Positions 29,270 to 39,342 are shown, counted from the first letter of the stretch. The stretch: 64,000 bases of DNA from Candidatus Obscuribacteraceae bacterium (GCA_044226015.1 JBGAHS010000002.1:883435-947434); one strand, 5' to 3'. Numbers and translations: made by a program. The notes: generated by a model from the letters alone, not told the origin.

Positions 29270-30964
29270 ATGGCTGCAGAGTCTAATGCTCGTTCGCTCG
29301 ATGATGGCGATTTTGTTATTGACAGAATGGATCTTGCTGGGTTAGAGGAGTTCTTTCTCGAACACGAAGAACTTTTCACCAGGGGGCTGAGCATTAAGCA
29401 AGCGGTCTTCTATTACGGCGAAACCAGGAAATCTTTGAAGGCAAAGGTTGAGGATGGCAGCATTCCAGCGATTCGTTTGCCGGAAGAACAAGGCGGGAAA
29501 TGGAGAGTTTTCCCCGATGGTGTTCCTGAGCAGCTGCAGAATTTGATACCAAAGAAGGTGCGCCGCAAACAAGAGCAACCGGAGTCTGAGCCAGTTCAAT
29601 CTGAGACTGCGATTCAAACTGAAAATCATATTGCAGAGTTGCACGTCATCGGACCAGCAAAACCAAAAAGCAAGAATAAAGCAAAGTCCAAAGCTCACGA
29701 GCCTAAAGCACACGAACATGAGTCCAAAGCCCTTGAGTCAAAAAAAGAGGATTACTCTGCCGAGCTAAACGACTGGCAGTGGAACGAAACTTTAGAAAAT
29801 CCGTTTGTAGAATCAAGCACGGTATTCGTAGCCGAGATACCCATCGAGCCTAAAATGCCAGACTTTCCGGTTCTCAATTTCGGCACCGGTGACCTTGAAC
29901 ACAACAAAATTGTTGAACTGCCAAAAGTGGAAGACAACAAGTCCCTCAGCTCGCCAGTTTTAGAACCGGGACAAATTGATGTTCTACAAGAAACAACAGC
30001 AGTAACATCAATGCCCGAGCCACTTATCGATGAAGTAGCAGACCAAATTGCCGATGCATCAGCCCCCTCTGTTTCCGAGCTGTCAGTGGACGCGGAAATA
30101 GAAATGGAGCATGCCCAAATAGCTAACACGGCTCCCCTACTTTTCGACCCTATTTTGATAGACGCCACCACCTCTGACTACTCAATCGAGACAAGCCCGG
30201 AAATTCCTTCGCTTACACAAGATGAAGAAGAGACAGCAGCAGCAATCATAGAAGTTCCAACGAATGAACTTGCTGTTCAAACTGAAACCGTTTCGTATCT
30301 TGCAGACCTTTTCTCGTCAGAAGAAATCAGCGAGCCCACTCACTCAGTTGAAGCAGCGACTTACAATTACGAAGAAACTTGTTATAAACAAAGTGCTGAG
30401 CTGCCTATTACACCTGAAACCAACACTGTTGTGCATGAAGAAATTCCAGTGCCGCCTGCCATAGACTTCGAAAACTCGGCGAGAATCACAAATGATTTCG
30501 CTGCAATGGCAGCACTAGAAATTCCCTGCACTGACTTCTTTCCATCCCCTTCAGGAATTTTGCCCGAATTAAGCCTGACTGATGAAAGAGTCCTTGGCGC
30601 TGAAAACTTTGTCACAGCAATCGCATACGAAAGCTCCAAAACTGACATGTCAATTACGGAAGGCAAGTCATTCATGGCCTTCTCAAAAATGCCTGTGCCT
30701 TCGGTCGATACTACTACCGGTGGCATGATCGAAATTGATAGCCTACTCGACAGGCTCTCGGATCTTGAGAAACAGCTAGACGCAGTTTCAGACCGAAACA
30801 ATTATCTAGAAACAAGAGTGCTTGGGCTGGAAGATCAAATCAAGTTCTTGACGCACAGCCACTACCAGAACAAAGGATTCAACAAATTGATTCTCTTGCT
30901 TCCCGGCTTGGCAATGCTCGCAATCATCTATTTGATTCGCTTTGCTCCGATGGGTACACCCTAA
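29270..30964 (+). CDS. HTH-like N-terminus, acidic disordered linker, coiled coil and C-terminal TM
   Basis: LSIKQAVFYYGETRKSLKAKVEDGSIPAIR...WRVF resembles excisionase/MerR HTH; heptads LLDRLSDLEKQL; TM LILLLPGLAMLAIIYLI. Confidence 0.7.
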   Translation: MAAESNARSLDDGDFVIDRMDLAGLEEFFLEHEELFTRGLSIKQAVFYYGETRKSLKAKVEDGSIPAIRLPEEQGGKWRVFPDGVPEQLQNLIPKKVRRKQEQPESEPVQSETAIQTENHIAELHVIGPAKPKSKNKAKSKAHEPKAHEHESKALESKKEDYSAELNDWQWNETLENPFVESSTVFVAEIPIEPKMPDFPVLNFGTGDLEHNKIVELPKVEDNKSLSSPVLEPGQIDVLQETTAVTSMPEPLIDEVADQIADASAPSVSELSVDAEIEMEHAQIANTAPLLFDPILIDATTSDYSIETSPEIPSLTQDEEETAAAIIEVPTNELAVQTETVSYLADLFSSEEISEPTHSVEAATYNYEETCYKQSAELPITPETNTVVHEEIPVPPAIDFENSARITNDFAAMAALEIPCTDFFPSPSGILPELSLTDERVLGAENFVTAIAYESSKTDMSITEGKSFMAFSKMPVPSVDTTTGGMIEIDSLLDRLSDLEKQLDAVSDRNNYLETRVLGLEDQIKFLTHSHYQNKGFNKLILLLPGLAMLAIIYLIRFAPMGTP

Positions 30965-31419
30965 AACCGCTGCAAAAATTTAGCGATGATAGTAAGGGAG
31001 ATGCCTGGTTTTTGCGCTCCCGTCACTCGAACTGAAAATATGAAGGGCTGAGGCTCTCCAGACAAGAGCTGCTGGATATCATACTGCTGTGCCCGCACGT
31101 CGCAAGAGCAAGCAAAAGCGATATACCGCAAACGCAACCTCTGCCTATTGTTCCAGCGCACAGCAGAAACAGAAGCCAGCCATTTTCGGCACAAAAGCAG
31201 CTGTTTCAGAACACATAGCAGAGAATTTTTCGTCAAACCCTTGTCAAATAGCCAACTGTGCTACATAATGAAAGTACTTGACATTTACAACTGCGCTTCC
31301 TGTCAGGATTTGCGAAAGCCTAAGAGAATTCAGACCAATTCTCCGGCTTTGCAGATCAACTTTTGCCGTTAAACCAAAAACGTGTCGAATCCTGTCACAG
31401 CGCAAGTGAGGGCTCGACA

Positions 31420-32565
31420 ATGCAAAGACATCCACCTGCAATTGCTAAGGCAATTTTGATTTGCAAAAGTCGAGCCTTCTTTTTCTACTCGTCCTGGCAA
31501 AACACTGAGCAGCAGAGGCGAAAGAACACACTAACCAGAACATACACAAGAAATCTATTACTTGCTCTTTTACTATGCTCACTTTCAGCGCCCGCAATTG
31601 CCACGGACGAGAATTTGTACGAGCAGTCATTCCACAAAGCATGGAAACTCGTGGAAGATAACACTGCATATACCGAACGCCTTGAACGCTGGAAAGAATG
31701 GGAACACAAGTTCGATGGAAAACTAAAAAACAAGCAAGACCTTGAGCTTGCCCTGACAAAGGCACTCAATAATTTCGGCGATAAGTATACTTATTTCAGA
31801 AACGAGGATCAAACAAGCTCAAGTCGCAAGGCCGACCAGGACCCGGAAGCCGTGAGCTTCGACATGCCAGGTCCACAACTCGCGCACATATCGATTCACA
31901 ATTTCAGTTCAGTACACACAGCAGATGAACTCGAAACTGCTTTACTAAAATGCAAAAACTGCACAGGTTATATTCTCGACTTACGCAACAACCATGGTGG
32001 CTACGTAGAACAGGCTTTAGCCTGCTTTGAATTGCTAGTTGAGCATGGCAAATTTGTCCAAATGAAAGGGCGAGAAGATGGCGCACCATACGAAGAAATC
32101 ATCTCGCTAGAGAGTGATTGCATCAAGCGCGAGGTTAACGGCTCAATGTTTTCAGAGAGCCGACGAAAAAATGAGACAGCAAACAAACCAATGATAGTCC
32201 TTATTGACGAGAATACGCGCTCTGCTGCAGAGATGCTCGCTGGCGCTCTTCGTGACGTCGACCGAGCCGTGCTTGTCGGCAGACGAACTTTTGGCAAGGG
32301 CGTCGTACAGTGCAGTTGGACGATTGAGCCGGCATGCTCAATCAAGGTGACTATGGCGAAGTACTTTCTGCCGTCGGGAGAGGATATAAACGGTGCCGGA
32401 ATAAACCCAGACACAACACCAGATTTATACAAACAATTCTTTCAAAAAACTGGCATTGAAAAACAGAAGCAAAACAACAACGAGTCTCTGACTCAACTGT
32501 TTAGAACTTTAACCCAGACTTCCGCACCTCATCGAATATCTGCTTCAACGGAAAAGTCACGGTAA
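31420..32565 (+). CDS. S41A C-terminal processing peptidase lacking PDZ
   Basis: ILDLRNNHGG, catalytic TRSAAEM and TFGKG, GINPD; signal peptide-like LLLALLLCSLSAPAIA; start uncertain. Confidence 0.85.
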   Translation: MQRHPPAIAKAILICKSRAFFFYSSWQNTEQQRRKNTLTRTYTRNLLLALLLCSLSAPAIATDENLYEQSFHKAWKLVEDNTAYTERLERWKEWEHKFDGKLKNKQDLELALTKALNNFGDKYTYFRNEDQTSSSRKADQDPEAVSFDMPGPQLAHISIHNFSSVHTADELETALLKCKNCTGYILDLRNNHGGYVEQALACFELLVEHGKFVQMKGREDGAPYEEIISLESDCIKREVNGSMFSESRRKNETANKPMIVLIDENTRSAAEMLAGALRDVDRAVLVGRRTFGKGVVQCSWTIEPACSIKVTMAKYFLPSGEDINGAGINPDTTPDLYKQFFQKTGIEKQKQNNNESLTQLFRTLTQTSAPHRISASTEKSR

Positions 32566-33124
32566 CAGGCATCTCTGTTCCAGGAATATTTGCTGTTGCC
32601 TCGACAAGCAATTGTCCTTTGTCATCTCGAATAATCTTAGCTTTGCCTTTCAACGGCACAATTTGCTTGACACCAAAGAAAACGATACTTACTACAAGCG
32701 CCAGACCCTCGACGATTTGCAAACTCAACTCTTTGTTGTTTTCGCTAAGCTCAGCTTGCAAATGAACCAACTTATACATGCGCAAAGCTTCGATCTTGCC
32801 CAATCCAACAATATCTCTGTTCAAAGGCACATCTGCTTCTTTAACTATGTGCATCTTCATGTCGAGAACGCGCATGGTCTTGAAACGAACATCAACGCCT
32901 TTAAGATTAGTCGCTTCCTGAAAAACTTCCATCATTGCTTTTGCGGTAATGGAAATTTGACCACCCAATTTCTGGGCGTTATCTGAAATCGTCTTTAGTG
33001 TCTGCTCGGCCGACCCAAACTTTGACGAATCGATTGGCGGAACAACACTGAGAAATTGCTGGAAATACTTTTCCCACTCAGGTGTTTTTTGGCGCTCTTC
33101 TTTTTTACTTTCTTCGTTCATCAC
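32501..33124 (-). CDS. Hypothetical protein
   Basis: 207-aa ORF downstream of pit on the same strand; overlaps the S41 gene 3' end by 65 nt. Confidence 0.7.
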   Translation of the reverse strand: MMNEESKKEERQKTPEWEKYFQQFLSVVPPIDSSKFGSAEQTLKTISDNAQKLGGQISITAKAMMEVFQEATNLKGVDVRFKTMRVLDMKMHIVKEADVPLNRDIVGLGKIEALRMYKLVHLQAELSENNKELSLQIVEGLALVVSIVFFGVKQIVPLKGKAKIIRDDKGQLLVEATANIPGTEMPVTVTFPLKQIFDEVRKSGLKF

Positions 33125-33181
33125 ATTTACTCAACTTAGAAGCTATTATGCAACATGACAACAAGTCTTGCATGAGTGCCG

Positions 33182-34219
33182 TTACAGCAGCTGATCTAAC
33201 CAGCGAAAGGCAAGGAAATAGAGGACTGCAGCGCATAGCCCGGCACAAGGAATAGTCAGGAACCAGGAAACCAGAATATCGCGAGCGACCAGCCAGCGGA
33301 CGTCCTTAAAGCGCTCTCCCGTTCCAATTCCCATGACCGTTGATGAAATTACTTGAGAGGTGGACACAGGACAGCCCGTGATAGAACTCAATAAAATAAT
33401 GGAGCCGCTTGCTGTCTCGGTGATGAAGCCATGAAGCAGGCGCAAGCGAAAAATACCAGACCCCACACGCTTCACAATTCCCGGAGCCAGAGATAAGACA
33501 CCAATGGCTATCGCAAGCCCGGAAACTATTCGCACCCAAAGCGGAATGTCGTCGCCCATATGAAGCCCAGATGAGTGCAGAGCTATCAAGATTATTCCCA
33601 TCACCTTTTGAGGGTCGTTGGCTCCATGACCGAAAGCCAGCATTGATACTGTGAGTACTTGCCCCCACTTCAGATACCTATTTATTGCAGTAGTGGCTTT
33701 TACCAGAAGCAGCATCGCAAGCTGCAGCAACAAGTAGCCAACGACAAAACCCACTACTGGCGAAGCAAACAAACTAACTATGATGCGAGAGAATCCGGTT
33801 GGATGGAAAAGATTCATTTCGCCAACAACGATATTATCGAAACCACCAGGGCTCGCGACGAATGCCCCCAAGAGCCCGCCAAAGAGAGCATGCGTTGAAC
33901 TCGATGGCATCTTCAAAGTCTTGGTCAGAAAATTCCACATTATGGCCGCTGTTAAGCCCGCCGATAAAACAGGCAGCATATGCGGATTCTCCGGAATGTT
34001 GGTCACAGATCGAACTGCATTTGCTACCGCCGAGCCACCAAATGTGGCACCAGCCAGCTCACAGGCTGCCACCAGCAAAACAGCTCTAACAGGCGTTAGT
34101 ACACGGCAGACTATGAGCCCAGCTGTCACACTGCTGCCATCTTGCAAGCCATTTGTGTATGTGAATACCAGACTCAATACAACAACGACAATGAATAGGT
34201 AGACTTCTGGTTCGAGCAC
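33182..34219 (-). CDS. pit: PiT-family inorganic phosphate transporter
   Basis: NGLQD, PSSSTHA, HGANDPQK and PVSTSQ; multiple TM helices. Confidence 0.93.
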   Translation of the reverse strand: MLEPEVYLFIVVVVLSLVFTYTNGLQDGSSVTAGLIVCRVLTPVRAVLLVAACELAGATFGGSAVANAVRSVTNIPENPHMLPVLSAGLTAAIMWNFLTKTLKMPSSSTHALFGGLLGAFVASPGGFDNIVVGEMNLFHPTGFSRIIVSLFASPVVGFVVGYLLLQLAMLLLVKATTAINRYLKWGQVLTVSMLAFGHGANDPQKVMGIILIALHSSGLHMGDDIPLWVRIVSGLAIAIGVLSLAPGIVKRVGSGIFRLRLLHGFITETASGSIILLSSITGCPVSTSQVISSTVMGIGTGERFKDVRWLVARDILVSWFLTIPCAGLCAAVLYFLAFRWLDQLL

Positions 34220-34223
34220 AGCC

Positions 34224-34865
34224 TCAGCTCATCTTCACGATTGCATGTAAAAGAGTTTCACCTACTCTGTCGATTCTATCTGCACTAACAACCATCGCCC
34301 TGTAGACTTCTTTTACTCTGAAGATCGTCTTAAAGTCGTCGAGGTCAAACAACTCGTTCACCGCTGGTCGATAAATTTTTCCAAAACGACTGTCGACCTT
34401 CCTCAGCTGCAAAGACTGTTCTGCTGCCTCACGAAGGTCAGTCTTCAGCGAATGAATTGCCGTCTTCATCAGAAGGGTTCCTTCCACAAGCATGTCTGCC
34501 ATCTCCAGAACCCTTGTGCCAGAAGGAGAAACATTCATCGCTTCCATTTCACGTACGACCCCCTTGGCCGAGTTTATGACTTCGTCCATGGTCCAGGAAA
34601 GCTCGTAAATGTCCTCACGGTCGAAGGGAGTGACAAAGGACACCACCAGCTTCCGCTCAAGGTCCATCTTCATCTCGTCAGCCTGCCGCTCGAGGTCCCT
34701 CACAGTCTGACAGCGAGCATCACCGTCCTCACGCAGCCAGGTCGCCAACGCGACCATACCCTCATGGGTCTTGTCAGCCTGCGTGGTCAGCAGGGCATAA
34801 AAATCGACGGTTGGTTCAAAAATTCCACTGAACCAGTGAAGGTGTTTTTTCTTCTGACCGACCAT
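34224..34865 (-). CDS. DUF47 (PhoU-like) phosphate transport regulator
   Basis: LERQADEMK and FVTPFDREDIYEL; directly upstream of pit. Confidence 0.92.
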   Translation of the reverse strand: MVGQKKKHLHWFSGIFEPTVDFYALLTTQADKTHEGMVALATWLREDGDARCQTVRDLERQADEMKMDLERKLVVSFVTPFDREDIYELSWTMDEVINSAKGVVREMEAMNVSPSGTRVLEMADMLVEGTLLMKTAIHSLKTDLREAAEQSLQLRKVDSRFGKIYRPAVNELFDLDDFKTIFRVKEVYRAMVVSADRIDRVGETLLHAIVKMS

Positions 34866-35078
34866 ATTTAACCTCAGCCTAGCTTACACAGCATAACAAA
34901 TTATCAGCAAGAAAAACCCGAAACTCTTATGTTGTCTGCGATTTCAAGAAATGCTGGCGATACGGCACAATGGCAGTGCCATCCATATCGCTGTTATATA
35001 TATTTTATGAGCAACCCTGTTATAGCAGACAGTCGCTTGGGTAAGTGAGAAATAGAAAGATGGAGGTCGTTAGCAAGG

Positions 35079-35177
35079 ATGCGTGAGCTTGGCAACTGGA
35101 TCGCTGAACTAATCAGAAAATTGTTTCCTGCAGCACCGGTGCCAGTGCGTGTTCCCGTCAAGTCAAAAAATCGCTAA
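35079..35177 (+). CDS. Small 32-aa protein with PVPVRVPV tail, not in ORF track
   Basis: MRELGNWIAELIRKLFPAAPVPVRVPVKSKNR; GGAGG 12 nt upstream; strong hairpin downstream. Confidence 0.55.
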   Translation: MRELGNWIAELIRKLFPAAPVPVRVPVKSKNR

Positions 35178-35207
35178 CGACGACTTTCAAATCTGGGCTA
35201 AAGTGGT

Positions 35208-35307
35208 TACGAAGGAGGGATTGAACAAGATCCCTCCTTCGTATTTGTGCGCCAAATAGACAAAAAGATACGAAGGAGAAACTGGCAGGGATGTTTCTCC
35301 TTCGTAT
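35208..35307. repeat. Two tandem related hairpins (REP-like or double terminator)
   Basis: 14-bp stem 35208-35221/35230-35243 and 15-bp stem 35268-35282/35293-35307, both with TACGAAGGAG/CTCCTTCGTA. Confidence 0.8.
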
Positions 35308-35475
35308 TTGGCGAACCGAGGCATCTTGCAGGGAGCAGTACCTTAGTTCGGGGTTCCATATGTGTTTTTATCCGCCTTCAAAATATTTTGGACATATCCA
35401 TTGAAATATTTTTCTGTTTAATTTATGCCAGCAATGGGCAGGGAAAATTAGGCGGGAAATGGGGATATACGGGCG

Positions 35476-36942
35476 ATGGCGGGCTCTACAACTACTTGTC
35501 AGCGATGCGGAAAAGGCTATATGGGCGCCTCTTGCCCATTTTGCACAGTAACAGGGGTAGACCTGGAAGCTTTATTAAACGCCGAGGAGATGAAACTCCT
35601 TCGCTCGGAAGTCGACGCATCTCCGGTGTCACTGGTAGACATGGTATCTGGGAAGTCTTACCCTGTGGTTACTCCGCTCTGCAAAGTGGGTCGCGACCTC
35701 GGAAACGACATCGCACTGTCTGGCGACCGTTCAATGTCCAGGTTCCATTGCCAGATAACCCATAACGGTATCGACTATTTAATCGAAGACTGTGGAAGCA
35801 GAAACGGCACCTTCTTAAACGGCAGCCCCATCGCTACGTCCAGAAAATTGCAGAACGGCGACATTATGAGCGCTGGTGTCAGCAGATACCGATTCACTGT
35901 AAAGAGCATCGATGAGCTTTCGGCCATAGACCTCATGCCAAATACGCCTGTCGAAGAGCCGAGCCTAGAGTCGGGCGCAACAACAGAATTTGTCTCAGAC
36001 GGAGTTCCAACATCAGCCGTCACACCTGAGCAAATAAATGAGGCAAGAGAGGCCCTGCAGAAATTGCGGGGAACTGTCGAGGAGCCAGAGAATGACGGAT
36101 GGCAGGAAGCCACTCCGCCAGCGGCTCCAGCTCAGCAATCGAAACCAGTACCAGAAAAAGACAAACCAAGTTCTGCACCCAGCTTGCCGCCGCCACCAAA
36201 GCCGAGAAGCGCACCAGCAACGGCAGCATTGCCTCCGCGACCCACACCGAGGTCAGCAATGGCAGCTGCTATGTTTGGCGACGGAGTTTTGCCAGCATGG
36301 ATGGAAGAGTTTTCCATGCCAGAACTGCAAAAACTCATGCATGAGAAAGAGCGGCTTAATGGTCTGCTCGAGGAAATTCGCCAGGACATCCATCAGATTG
36401 ACAGGCGCATCGCAGCTATGCAAGGCGTTTCACAGGCGCTGCTATCAGCAGGGGGACCAGAACTGGGTCATGCCTGCAAACAAGTTTTTGAAGCAGTCGA
36501 GTGGCACACCGACATTTCGCCGAATAACCCATTCGAACTCAGCTTGAAACGTGAAGGCAAAATTGAAGCTGTGATCCGCGTCATAGTCTGCAACGGCGAC
36601 CCTAACCAGAAAGATTTTGAGGCTCTCGTAAATCAGCAAGCAGTTGTCTGGTGCCAACACAACCACGAACCGAAAGGAATTATGGTGGTTCAAGTCAGCC
36701 CCAATCTTGCGCCAAAAGACCGACCATATTTGACGCAAGAATTCCTGGAAAACATGCGGCGCAAGAAGATTTGCGTGGTGCAACCAACGCAGCTGCTAGC
36801 GATGTTCAGGCTCGCTTCTCAAACAGGTGCTGACAAAAACTATTTCAAACAAATGCTAATCACCACCAGTGGTGCCTTACCTGGTTTCGTAATGAAACCC
36901 CAAGAAGCACAAGCGCAAAATCAGCCGACACCGACGGTTTAG
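35476..36942 (+). CDS. FHA-domain protein with N-terminal Zn ribbon
   Basis: CQRC...CPFC; FHA motifs VGR, MSRFHC and SRNGTFLNG; Pro-rich linker, coiled coil and alpha/beta C-terminal domain. Confidence 0.88.
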   Translation: MAGSTTTCQRCGKGYMGASCPFCTVTGVDLEALLNAEEMKLLRSEVDASPVSLVDMVSGKSYPVVTPLCKVGRDLGNDIALSGDRSMSRFHCQITHNGIDYLIEDCGSRNGTFLNGSPIATSRKLQNGDIMSAGVSRYRFTVKSIDELSAIDLMPNTPVEEPSLESGATTEFVSDGVPTSAVTPEQINEAREALQKLRGTVEEPENDGWQEATPPAAPAQQSKPVPEKDKPSSAPSLPPPPKPRSAPATAALPPRPTPRSAMAAAMFGDGVLPAWMEEFSMPELQKLMHEKERLNGLLEEIRQDIHQIDRRIAAMQGVSQALLSAGGPELGHACKQVFEAVEWHTDISPNNPFELSLKREGKIEAVIRVIVCNGDPNQKDFEALVNQQAVVWCQHNHEPKGIMVVQVSPNLAPKDRPYLTQEFLENMRRKKICVVQPTQLLAMFRLASQTGADKNYFKQMLITTSGALPGFVMKPQEAQAQNQPTPTV

Positions 36943-37004
36943 CTGCTGCAAGAAATGCTGCAAGAAACAACACTTACGCCAATCACAAACAATTGAAGGC
37001 GAGC

Positions 37005-37940
37005 CTAACCCCACTTGTTCATACGTTCTTTAATCAAATCAATTGTCTTATCCGAATACAAGCGGAACACTTTGACTGGCACCTTGCCAGAAACTTTTTT
37101 CACGGCTTCTTCGCTGGGCAAATCGCAAAATACTAAATTCGCGTGTTTCATCACGTATTGAATCTCAGTTGTTTCATCTTTGCCGATGCAGCGCACTGCA
37201 ACTTCCTCGCCACGCACAGCTGCTGCCATGTTGTTCGCCATCTTCAGCAATGTTTTGCTGGCCGAAATGATTGCCAGCAAGCTGCCCGCACGAAGCTCAG
37301 TAAGCGCATTCATTTCATCGACGCCCGGCTCTACTGTGCAGACAACAAATCGAGTTGGGTCAAGGTCAAGGCTTTGTACGGGGTAAAGGTGATAGAAGCT
37401 GGTGAGTAGTAGTGAATCTGCCAGCAACCCGGAATTTTTTGCGAGTTTCTCCACGGTAATTGGTTGCACCGGAATCTCAAACTTAGGCGAAAGCTCTGCC
37501 ATCAAGATAGGGTGAAAGTCCTCATTTCTATCGACAACAAGAATTCTCTGAATAGGCTTTGACTTCAGCATGCGTTCGGCAAACTGACTGACTTGCTCGC
37601 GGGATAGCCCAGACTCAGCGGCACGCGCGAGACACTGCTTAAAAAGCGCCTCTAAACTTATTTCTCGCTGGCTGTCGCCGGACAGACTTCTGCTTGCTAC
37701 ACGAACACCGCTACCCTGGCGAATTTCGAGAAGTCCAGCTTCCTCGAGCTGGTTGTATGCCGATGTGACTGTGCTGTGATGAATGGCCAGCTTTTGCGCC
37801 AACTGACGTATACTTGGCAGCTTGTCTCTGGGTTTCAATGTGCCTGAGGCAATCTGCAACCCAATCTGTTCGATTAGTTGGTCTTTAACTGGCACCGGAC
37901 CATCTTTTGAAATACTCAACTTAATCGTGCTTGACAGCAT
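37005..37940 (-). CDS. GntR-family regulator, PlmA-like
   Basis: wHTH LPSIRQLA...YNQLEEAGLLEIRQGSG; C-terminal IPVQPI, LTSFYH, AIISAS, VRGEEV and VFCD resemble cyanobacterial PlmA as recalled. Confidence 0.8.
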   Translation of the reverse strand: MLSSTIKLSISKDGPVPVKDQLIEQIGLQIASGTLKPRDKLPSIRQLAQKLAIHHSTVTSAYNQLEEAGLLEIRQGSGVRVASRSLSGDSQREISLEALFKQCLARAAESGLSREQVSQFAERMLKSKPIQRILVVDRNEDFHPILMAELSPKFEIPVQPITVEKLAKNSGLLADSLLLTSFYHLYPVQSLDLDPTRFVVCTVEPGVDEMNALTELRAGSLLAIISASKTLLKMANNMAAAVRGEEVAVRCIGKDETTEIQYVMKHANLVFCDLPSEEAVKKVSGKVPVKVFRLYSDKTIDLIKERMNKWG

Positions 37941-38178
37941 ATCGCCTCGCTAAACATAGTGCAGCTACTCATTATAGCCCAAGCGAGAAAGCGCGAGGTG
38001 AGTACTTCAGACCAATAATAAGAGAACGCGCACAGCCAAAAACATGCCACCACATTTGGTAGCAAATAACAAGCAAAAGCGAGTTAAGAGAATGTCTCTA
38101 AATGCCTCGCAGATTAACATCCGCACATTTGTCAACAGCCTCAATACGCTAGGATCTTGGCAATGTTCCAGGTGCGAG

Positions 38179-39342
38179 ATGAATCAGACGCTTGATCCTT
38201 ACGCTCAAGCCCTCGAAGAACGCGTTGCACAAAGTACTTTCAGACTTTTGCGCTCTTCAAGGCCGCTTCCTCAGGGTATGCTTGAAATTTCAGGCAAGAC
38301 CCTGCTTAACCTTGCATCTAACGACTATTTGGGACTCTCTCAGGACTCGCGGCTGATTGAACGCGCTCAGGAATACGCCAGAAAATATGGCGTCGGAAGC
38401 GGCGCTTCGCGACTTATAAGTGGCAATCTCAGAATTTACGATGATATTGAGGCAAAATTGGCGAGCCTCAAAGGCAGTGAGACAGCGTTAATACTGCCAG
38501 GCGGCTATCAGACCAACAGCTCACTCATACCAACTCTTCTCAACAAAAGCAGCACAGCAGCAGCAGACAAGCTGGTACATCGAAGCATGCTAGAAGGCTT
38601 GCGCCTGAGTGAATCCAAATGGTTCAGATACAAACATGGCGATTTACAAAATATGCAGGCAAAACTCGCAAGTTTTGCAGACTCAAAAACGCGTTGGCTT
38701 TTCACCGAAACAGTGTTCAGCATGGATGGTGATTGCAGCGACTTCGATGAACTCATCTCTGTAAGTCAAAACAATGACATGCGGCTTTATGTTGACGAAG
38801 CACACGCCACAGGCGTTCTTGGGAAGAACGGCATGGGGCTGAGTGCTGGAAAGAATTTTTCGGGCATCAGCATGGGAACTTTTGGAAAGGGACTCGGAAG
38901 CTTCGGCTCGTACATCTGCTGCTCTTCCTTGATGCGAGAATTCTTGATTAACTTTTGCCCCGGACTCATTTATTCAACTGCTTTACCTCCACCCGTTCTG
39001 GGCGCCATTGACGCAGCACTCGACCTGGTTCCGGAAATGGAAGAAGATCGCGCACGCCTTCTAGACAATGCTAGTTACTTGCGCACAGCGCTGAATCAAT
39101 CAGGATTTGAAACAGGTACATCAAGCACTCAGATTATTCCTATTATTGTCGGTTCAACAGTTTCCGCACTAAATCTTTCGGCATACCTGGAAGGTGCAGG
39201 CTTCTTCATTCCTGCTATTCGACCTCCAACAGTGCCTGATGGAAGCGCACGCTTGAGAGTTTCACTGAGTTCAGTTCATACAAAAGAGCAAATAGACAGG
39301 CTAATTGGTTCGATCAGGAGATGGCATGAAAAAGAAGATTGA
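38179..39342 (+). CDS. bioF: 8-amino-7-oxononanoate synthase
   Basis: SNDYLGL, GSGASRLISG, VFSMDGD, DEAHATG, TFGKGLG and AIRPPTVP. Confidence 0.95.
   Translation: MNQTLDPYAQALEERVAQSTFRLLRSSRPLPQGMLEISGKTLLNLASNDYLGLSQDSRLIERAQEYARKYGVGSGASRLISGNLRIYDDIEAKLASLKGSETALILPGGYQTNSSLIPTLLNKSSTAAADKLVHRSMLEGLRLSESKWFRYKHGDLQNMQAKLASFADSKTRWLFTETVFSMDGDCSDFDELISVSQNNDMRLYVDEAHATGVLGKNGMGLSAGKNFSGISMGTFGKGLGSFGSYICCSSLMREFLINFCPGLIYSTALPPPVLGAIDAALDLVPEMEEDRARLLDNASYLRTALNQSGFETGTSSTQIIPIIVGSTVSALNLSAYLEGAGFFIPAIRPPTVPDGSARLRVSLSSVHTKEQIDRLIGSIRRWHEKED

Noticed and set aside
30961..31236. 91-aa minus-strand ORF
   Set aside because: TTG start, no clear RBS and no motif
35247..35765. 172-aa ORF overlapping the FHA gene start
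   Set aside because: Runs through the hairpins, overlaps a well-supported gene out of frame and has no motif
38128..38166. BirA operator upstream of bioF (TTTGTCAAC-N19-CTTGGCAAT)
   Set aside because: The right half-site is poor and the spacer is longer than the usual 14-16 nt or so
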